Source of the DNA: Brasilonema bromeliae SPC951 | GTDB taxonomy: Bacteria > Cyanobacteriota > Cyanobacteriia > Cyanobacteriales > Nostocaceae | Direction of reading: 5' to 3' | DNA: 11,442 nucleotides | Assembly (NCBI RefSeq): GCF_012912135.1 | Contig: NZ_QMEB01000168.1 | Span: 1-11,442, forward strand | Shown: one piece after another, positions 7,327-11,442 of the stretch | How positions within the stretch are numbered: position 1 is the stretch's first letter | How the letters are laid out: each line of letters opens with the position of its first letter | Position numbers and translations under genes: made by a program | The notes under the pieces: generated by a model | What the model was told of the DNA's origin: nothing | The model's input: only the letters and a program-made list of their open reading frames with translations | Databases searched by the model: none

Positions 7327-8838
7327 CTATCCTAAAAACAGCTTATATGCTGGATTCTGACTTTCATCCCAATAGCGGTAACCCAGCGTATCCAGAAATG
7401 CTTGCCATTGCTCCATCTCATGGGGAGGTACCTGCATCCCCACGACAATCCGCCCGTAGTCTGCGCCATTGTTGCGGTAGTGAAACAGGCTGATATTCCA
7501 ATCAGGACTCATGGAACTGACAAACTTCATCAATGCACCAGGACGTTCAGGAAACTCAAAACGGTAAAGCAACTCATTATTAGCAAGGTGAGAGTGTCCA
7601 CCAACCATATGCCGCAAATGCAATTTTGTTAGTTCGTCATCGGTTAAGTCAATGGTTTTGAACCCATGAGCTTCAAAGGTTTCAACCATCTTTGCTGCAT
7701 CAGCACGGTTTTGAATTTGCACCCCCACGAAAATATGTGCCTCTTTTTCACCAGCAATGCGATAACTAAACTCGGTCAGATTCCGTTTGCCAATACATTC
7801 ACAAAACTTGCGAAGACTACCCCGTTCCTCAGGAATCGCCACAGCAAAAATGGCTTCGCGGCGTTCACCCAACTCTGCTCGTTCAGCAACAAAGCGGAGG
7901 CGATCAAAGTTCATGTTAGCACCGCAAGCAACGGCAATTAACGTTTGTCCCTGGATTTGTTCTCGTTCGACGTAAGCCTTTGCACCGGCGATCGCCAATG
8001 CACCCGCTGGTTCCATAATCGAGCGCGTATCCTCAAACACGTCTTTAATCGCAGCACAAGTGTCATCTGTATCAACTAAAATGATGTCATCCACATATTC
8101 CTGACACAGATGGAAAGTTTCTTCTCCGACTTCCCGCACCGCTACCCCATCAGCAAATAAGCCTACTTGAGGTAAGCGCACCCGTCTCCCTGCTTTGAGC
8201 GATTGATGCATAGCATCAGCATCCACTGGTTCAACGCCAATAATTTTAATTTCAGGACGTAAGCGTTTTACATATGCTGCAATCCCAGAAATCAATCCAC
8301 CACCGCCAATCGCCACAAAAATAGCGTGGATAGGTTGCTGATATTGTCGCAGAATTTCCATGCCGATTGTTCCTTGTCCGGCAATCACATACGGATCATC
8401 AAAGGGATGAATAAAAGTCATACCTTTTTCTGCCTCTAGTTGACGGGCTAAGGCATAGGCATCATCGTAAGTATCCCCATGCAAAACTACCTCCCCCCCT
8501 CTGGCTCTGACTGCATCTATCTTCACCTGAGGTGTCGTTACCGGCATAACAATAATTGCTCGTGTTCCGATATGACGGGCAGCAAGAGCAACGCCCTGGG
8601 CATGGTTTCCAGCAGACGCAGCAATGACACCCTGTTCCAGCAAATCCGGCGGTAGTTGCGCCATCTTGTTATAAGCACCCCGCAGCTTGAAGGAAAAGAC
8701 TGACTGCATATCTTCCCGCTTGAGTAGGAGTTTATTATTCAGTCGTGCGGATAGATTGGGAGCATAATCCAAGGGCGTTTCCTGAGCAACATCGTACACG
8801 CGGGCAGTCAGGATTTGTACAAGGTAGTCGCAAAGCAT
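7327..8838 (-). CDS. ilvA: Biosynthetic threonine dehydratase (threonine ammonia-lyase), PLP-dependent, with C-terminal regulatory domains
   Basis: Strong colinear resemblance to E. coli IlvA. Matching segments include YLVQILTARVYDVAQETPL, the PLP lysine motif SFKLRGAYN, ASAGNHAQGVA, the glycine loop GGGGL, GLFADGVAV, EPAGALA, and the regulatory region ...ISLFHYRNNGADYGRIVVG...NPAYKLFLG*. The start is set at ATG 8838 (MLCDYLVQIL..., 503 aa). The ORF-track TTG at 9042 would add 68 residues translated from tandem repeats. Confidence 0.9.
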   Translation of the reverse strand: MLCDYLVQILTARVYDVAQETPLDYAPNLSARLNNKLLLKREDMQSVFSFKLRGAYNKMAQLPPDLLEQGVIAASAGNHAQGVALAARHIGTRAIIVMPVTTPQVKIDAVRARGGEVVLHGDTYDDAYALARQLEAEKGMTFIHPFDDPYVIAGQGTIGMEILRQYQQPIHAIFVAIGGGGLISGIAAYVKRLRPEIKIIGVEPVDADAMHQSLKAGRRVRLPQVGLFADGVAVREVGEETFHLCQEYVDDIILVDTDDTCAAIKDVFEDTRSIMEPAGALAIAGAKAYVEREQIQGQTLIAVACGANMNFDRLRFVAERAELGERREAIFAVAIPEERGSLRKFCECIGKRNLTEFSYRIAGEKEAHIFVGVQIQNRADAAKMVETFEAHGFKTIDLTDDELTKLHLRHMVGGHSHLANNELLYRFEFPERPGALMKFVSSMSPDWNISLFHYRNNGADYGRIVVGMQVPPHEMEQWQAFLDTLGYRYWDESQNPAYKLFLG

Positions 8839-8940
8839 GGGCGTCAACAGGTTGGTAAATGCCGGATGGATGATAATTTTACCGCCAAACTTGTCAGCAT
8901 GACATACAGGACTTAGGCAACGAGATCCAGCAGTTGTGGG

Positions 8941-8980
8941 AGGGTGTAGGGGGGTAAGGGGGTAAGGGTGTAGGGGTGTA
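8941..8980. repeat. Short tandem repeat, five 8-nt units (RGGGKGTA on plus, TACMCCCY on minus), STRR-like
   Basis: The five units are agggtgta ggggggta agggggta agggtgta ggggtgta, read directly at 8941-8980. Inverted-orientation units (ttacccct) follow at about 9000-9020. Confidence 0.8.
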
Positions 8981-9046
8981 ATACCAAATCCGTTTTTATA
9001 ACCCCTCGTTACCCCTGGGGATTGGAAATCGCGGCTATACAAACGA

Positions 9047-9064
9047 AGTCCGCCTGCGCGGACT
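9047..9064. other. GC-rich hairpin (agtccgc-ctgc-gcggact)
   Basis: A perfect 7-bp stem with a 4-nt loop, seen directly. It resembles dispersed hairpin repeats of Nostocales genomes, but only one copy is in the window. Confidence 0.35.
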
Positions 9065-9290
9065 AAATTATAAATGGGGTATAAGACGCGGATTTAGTAT
9101 AAGGGGAAAACGCGCGGGTGTATAGAAGTTAAAAGCTAAAAGGCAAAAGAAAAATTTCTTTGTCCTTACTTTATGGTTTCTACTTTTTAAAGGTCTAAAA
9201 AAAGAAGATTGCCATATCAGGAACTGTACTTATCCACGGTGTAGTTACTTGTGGTTTGGAAAAACTTGCACTAAGACCTTCCTATTAAAC

Positions 9291-9342
9291 AAAATCTGCT
9301 TTTTGGACGGTTCATCGTACCACGAAAAGCAGATTTTTTTTT
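9291..9342 (+). terminator. Intrinsic-terminator-like hairpin with A-tract/T-tract flanks, not attached to any annotated gene
   Basis: The stem pairs aaaatctgctttt (9291-9303) with aaaagcagatttt (9325-9337), around a loop of about 21 nt, and a run of T follows (to 9342). The symmetry makes it potentially bidirectional. No CDS ends near it on either strand. Confidence 0.4.
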
Positions 9343-9360
9343 AAAATATTCAGAATTATG

Positions 9361-9443
9361 AACCTCACCCTCGCTTGAATCGGCGCTAAAATCTTTCCCT
9401 CTCCTTAATAAGGAGAGGGATGCCCGACAGGGCAGGGTGAGGT
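9361..9443. repeat. MITE-like hairpin repeat, right copy (inverted relative to 7220-7276)
   Basis: The outer arms aacctcaccct (9361-9371) and agggtgaggtt (9432-9442) pair, and the inner hairpin is ccctctcc-ttaataa-ggagaggg (9397-9419). The segment 9397-9442 is the reverse complement of 7221-7266 except for the loop. Confidence 0.7.
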
Positions 9444-9528
9444 TCCGAACTTACTAGTAATTTTCCGAAATCTTTCAAGATAAAGTGGTAGATATAACTA
9501 AATGTCATCTTGGTTTCGGGGCTAGTTT

Positions 9529-9969
9529 ATGGAACCTGCAACACTCACAGCAGCGGCGATCGCCACCCTAGCATTTAGCAAAGCTATCGAAAAAACCGCA
9601 GAAACACTGACTGCAAGCGTATTAAATAAATTAAACAATCTGCGCGAGAAAATTTTTCATAGGTTCAAGGATACTCAGAAATTAAAGGATACGCTAGCAA
9701 AAGCCCAGAAAGAAGGCTCAAAGGCAGATGTTGATTTAATTGCTGCTTATTTGCAGGTAGCAATGGACACAGATGATAAATTTGCTCAAGATATTCAACA
9801 GCTTGCTCAGGAAATTAACCAAGAAATTAATATTGGTAATATTGAAGGGCGGAATGTTCAGAATGTTTATGGTGGCGAAGCTTTTCAGTCTAATGATGCG
9901 AATGCTCCCACTTTTCAAGGCGGCAGTGGTCACAACATAACCTTTAACTACAATAATCCCAATTCTTGA
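9529..9969 (+). CDS. N-terminal module of an NLR-like protein: hydrophobic first helix, helical domain and G/N/Q-rich tail. It ends at an in-frame TGA, so it is either a separate small protein or the 5' part of a disrupted or readthrough fusion.
   Basis: A 146-aa ORF-track frame. It reads MEPATLTAAAIATLAFSKAIEKTAETL (apolar helix), then charged helical segments, then NIGNIEGRNVQNVYGGEAFQSNDANAPTFQGGSGHNITFNYNNPNS. It is in the same reading frame (frame 1) as the NB-ARC ORF that starts immediately after the TGA. Confidence 0.7.
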   Translation: MEPATLTAAAIATLAFSKAIEKTAETLTASVLNKLNNLREKIFHRFKDTQKLKDTLAKAQKEGSKADVDLIAAYLQVAMDTDDKFAQDIQQLAQEINQEINIGNIEGRNVQNVYGGEAFQSNDANAPTFQGGSGHNITFNYNNPNS

Positions 9970-11442
9970 CTGCAGTCGTCCGAATGGGAACGGGCAAAGT
10001 TAAATCCCCCTACTGGAATACCAGAGAATTTGCCCAAGAATAGGGCGACGAAATTTGTCGGGCGAGAAGAGGAACTGCAACAGCTACACCAACTTTTGCA
10101 GGAAAATGACCGCGTGGCAATAGCCGCCATTTCTGGTATGGGTGGAGTGGGGAAAACAGAACTGGCGCTGCAATATGCAAATACTCACCGCGAAACTTAC
10201 CAAGGTGGAATTTGCTGGTTACTCCCGAAAGCTGCGGATGTGGGATTGCAGTTAGTGCAGTTTGCGCGTATTCACCTTAACTTAAACCCACCAGAAATAT
10301 CGCCGGATTTTGATTTACACGCGCAACTCGCATACTGCTGGCGGCGTTGGCGTGAGGGTGAGGTGCTGCTGATTTTAGATGATGTCGCGAAATACAAAGA
10401 AATTAAACCGTATCTCCCAACCTCATCTTCCCGGTTTAAGGTGTTGATGACAACAAGAGCGCACTTTGGGCAAATTCCGAAATTATCATTAGGTGTGCTG
10501 CAACCAGAAGCGGCGCTGGAGTTATTACGAACACTCATTGGTGCAGAACGAGTTGATGAAGAAATTGCACAAGCAGAATCTTTGTGTGCATGGCTGGGAT
10601 ATTTACCTTTGGGGTTAGAATTAGTCGGGCGGTATCTTGCACGCAAAGAAGATTTGTCTCTAGAAGAAATGTTGCGGAGGTTGGAGAAAAAGAGATTAGA
10701 ACAACCTGCCCTTGTGAAGTCAGAAGACGACATGACAGCACAACTGGGTGTGCAAGCAGCGTTTGACTTGAGTTGGCAGGAATTAAACAACACGGATAAG
10801 CAACTGGCGTGTTTGCTGAGTTTATTTGCACCTGCACCAATACCTTGGCAGTTGGTAGAACTGTGCTTACCCGATGTAGATGCAGAAGAGTTAGAGGAAA
10901 GTCGGGATGATAAGCTGCTGAATTTGCATTTGCTACAGCGTAAGGAAAAGGGAATTTATCAACTGCATCCACTGCTGAGGGAATTTTTTCAAGCGAAGTT
11001 GACAGAGTTAGATCCCCCCAACCCCCCTTATCAAGGGGGGGATCTCAAACAAGCTTTTGCCACAGCAATGATAGCTGTTGCTAAGAATATTCCTGAAAAC
11101 GCCACGCGTGAACAAGTTACCGTTATTTCTCCCGCAATACCTCATTTGGCAGAAGTCGCCAACAATCTTATTCAATGTGTCAGGGATGAGGATTTAATTT
11201 GGGCTTTCGTTGGTAATGCCTTATTCTACAATAGTCAGGGATTGTATGATCAAGCAGAACCTTGGTATAAGCAATGTCTAGAAGTTACTAAAAAACGCCT
11301 GGGAGATGAACATCCCGATGTCGCAACTAGCCTCAACAACCTGGCTAATCTCTACGACTCCCAAGGAAGATACGCAGATGCTGAACCACTGTACCTACAA
11401 GCATTGGAACTAAGGCGACGCCTGCTGGGAGATGAACATCCC
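9970..11442 (+). CDS. NB-ARC (STAND) NTPase with TPR repeats, NLR-like. Partial, because it runs off the window; the start is unresolved.
   Basis: I checked 491 consecutive sense codons by hand, from 9970 to 11442; this frame is not in the ORF track. Motifs: FVGREEELQQL; Walker A GMGGVGKT (10135-10158); Walker B VLLILDDV (10363-10386); RFKVLMTTR; GYLPLGLELVGRYL (10597-); MHD-like YQLHPLLREF (about 10957-10986). TPR units of the LGDEHPDVATSLNNLANLYDSQGRYADAEPLYLQALEL type begin at about 11200. The first in-frame ATG (10138) lies inside the P-loop. The only upstream options are TTG 10030, TTG 10096 and GTG 10114. Confidence 0.85.
   Translation, partial: MQSSEWERAKLNPPTGIPENLPKNRATKFVGREEELQQLHQLLQENDRVAIAAISGMGGVGKTELALQYANTHRETYQGGICWLLPKAADVGLQLVQFARIHLNLNPPEISPDFDLHAQLAYCWRRWREGEVLLILDDVAKYKEIKPYLPTSSSRFKVLMTTRAHFGQIPKLSLGVLQPEAALELLRTLIGAERVDEEIAQAESLCAWLGYLPLGLELVGRYLARKEDLSLEEMLRRLEKKRLEQPALVKSEDDMTAQLGVQAAFDLSWQELNNTDKQLACLLSLFAPAPIPWQLVELCLPDVDAEELEESRDDKLLNLHLLQRKEKGIYQLHPLLREFFQAKLTELDPPNPPYQGGDLKQAFATAMIAVAKNIPENATREQVTVISPAIPHLAEVANNLIQCVRDEDLIWAFVGNALFYNSQGLYDQAEPWYKQCLEVTKKRLGDEHPDVATSLNNLANLYDSQGRYADAEPLYLQALELRRRLLGDEHP
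11011..11044. repeat. Palindromic C/G-run mini-repeat embedded in frame in the NLR-like gene
   Basis: In gatccccccaaccccccttatcaagggggggatc, the outer stem is gatcccccc/ggggggatc and the inner stem is cccccc-ttatcaa-gggggg, bounded by gatc on both sides. It translates as DPPNPPYQGGD. It has the same C-run, AT-loop, G-run design as the ccctctcc-ttaataa-ggagaggg repeats at 7243-7266 and 9397-9419. Confidence 0.6.

Noticed and set aside
7402-7975. Plus-strand ORFs (76, 91 and 62 aa) inside ilvA
   Set aside because: They are antisense to the clearly homologous ilvA frame.
8941-8980. Tandem repeats considered as a CRISPR array
   Set aside because: The units are 8 nt long, directly abutting and without spacers. 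This is an STRR-like microsatellite, not CRISPR.
8839-9042. N-terminal 68 residues of the 571-aa ORF-track version of ilvA
   Set aside because: It starts at a TTG and is translated from tandem 8-nt repeats with low-complexity P/L/H/T content. Colinearity with IlvA begins at ATG 8838.
9386-9508. Minus-strand 40-aa ORF (MTFSYIYHFILKDFGKLLVSSEPHPALSGIPLLIKERERF)
   Set aside because: It reads straight through the MITE-like repeat. This is the typical spurious translation of that repeat class.
9967-9969. TGA considered as a selenocysteine codon
   Set aside because: No SECIS-like hairpin is visible immediately downstream. The protein family and position (an interdomain linker) give no reason to expect Sec.
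9736-10130. Minus-strand ORFs of 65 aa and 60 aa
   Set aside because: They are antisense to the N-domain and NB-ARC frame, and their composition is not protein-like.
10272-10972. Minus-strand ORFs of 173 aa and 145 aa
   Set aside because: They are antisense to the motif-rich NB-ARC frame. Their translations are low-complexity and S/C/R-rich with no recognisable motifs, so they look like shadow ORFs.

Overview
The window looks like chromosomal DNA from a filamentous, Nostocales-type cyanobacterium. It has four intact HIP1 octamers (GCGATCGC at 1321, 4641, 7988, 9556) and two more HIP1 sites split by mini-insertions. It also has an STRR-like short tandem repeat and several hairpin mini-repeats.

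Layout:
- 117-2577: an IS630-family insertion cluster. One element is apparently intact and has an A8 -1 frameshift site. The second is inverted, is a different IS630-family element, and is heavily decayed.
- 2870-3622 (+): DUF2993/LmeA-like protein.
- 3974-5182 (+): MFS transporter. Its last transmembrane helix is frameshifted by a 29-nt double-hairpin element inserted in a HIP1 site.
- 5500-7194 (+): CrtI-family FAD oxidoreductase, most like the beta-carotene ketolase CrtO.
- 7327-8838 (-): biosynthetic threonine dehydratase IlvA. The ORF-track start at 9042 is an artefact that reads through repeats.
- 9529 to the window end (+): the most interesting locus. This 638-codon frame is mostly missing from the ORF track. 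It encodes a helical N-domain with a G/N/Q-rich tail, an NB-ARC NTPase and TPR repeats, which is an NLR-like STAND architecture. A single in-frame TGA (9967-9969) interrupts it, and no ATG follows before the P-loop. It also carries an in-frame palindromic mini-repeat between the NOD and TPR modules.

I saw no rRNA, tRNA or CRISPR array. All function calls rest on motif recognition by eye; no database search was run.
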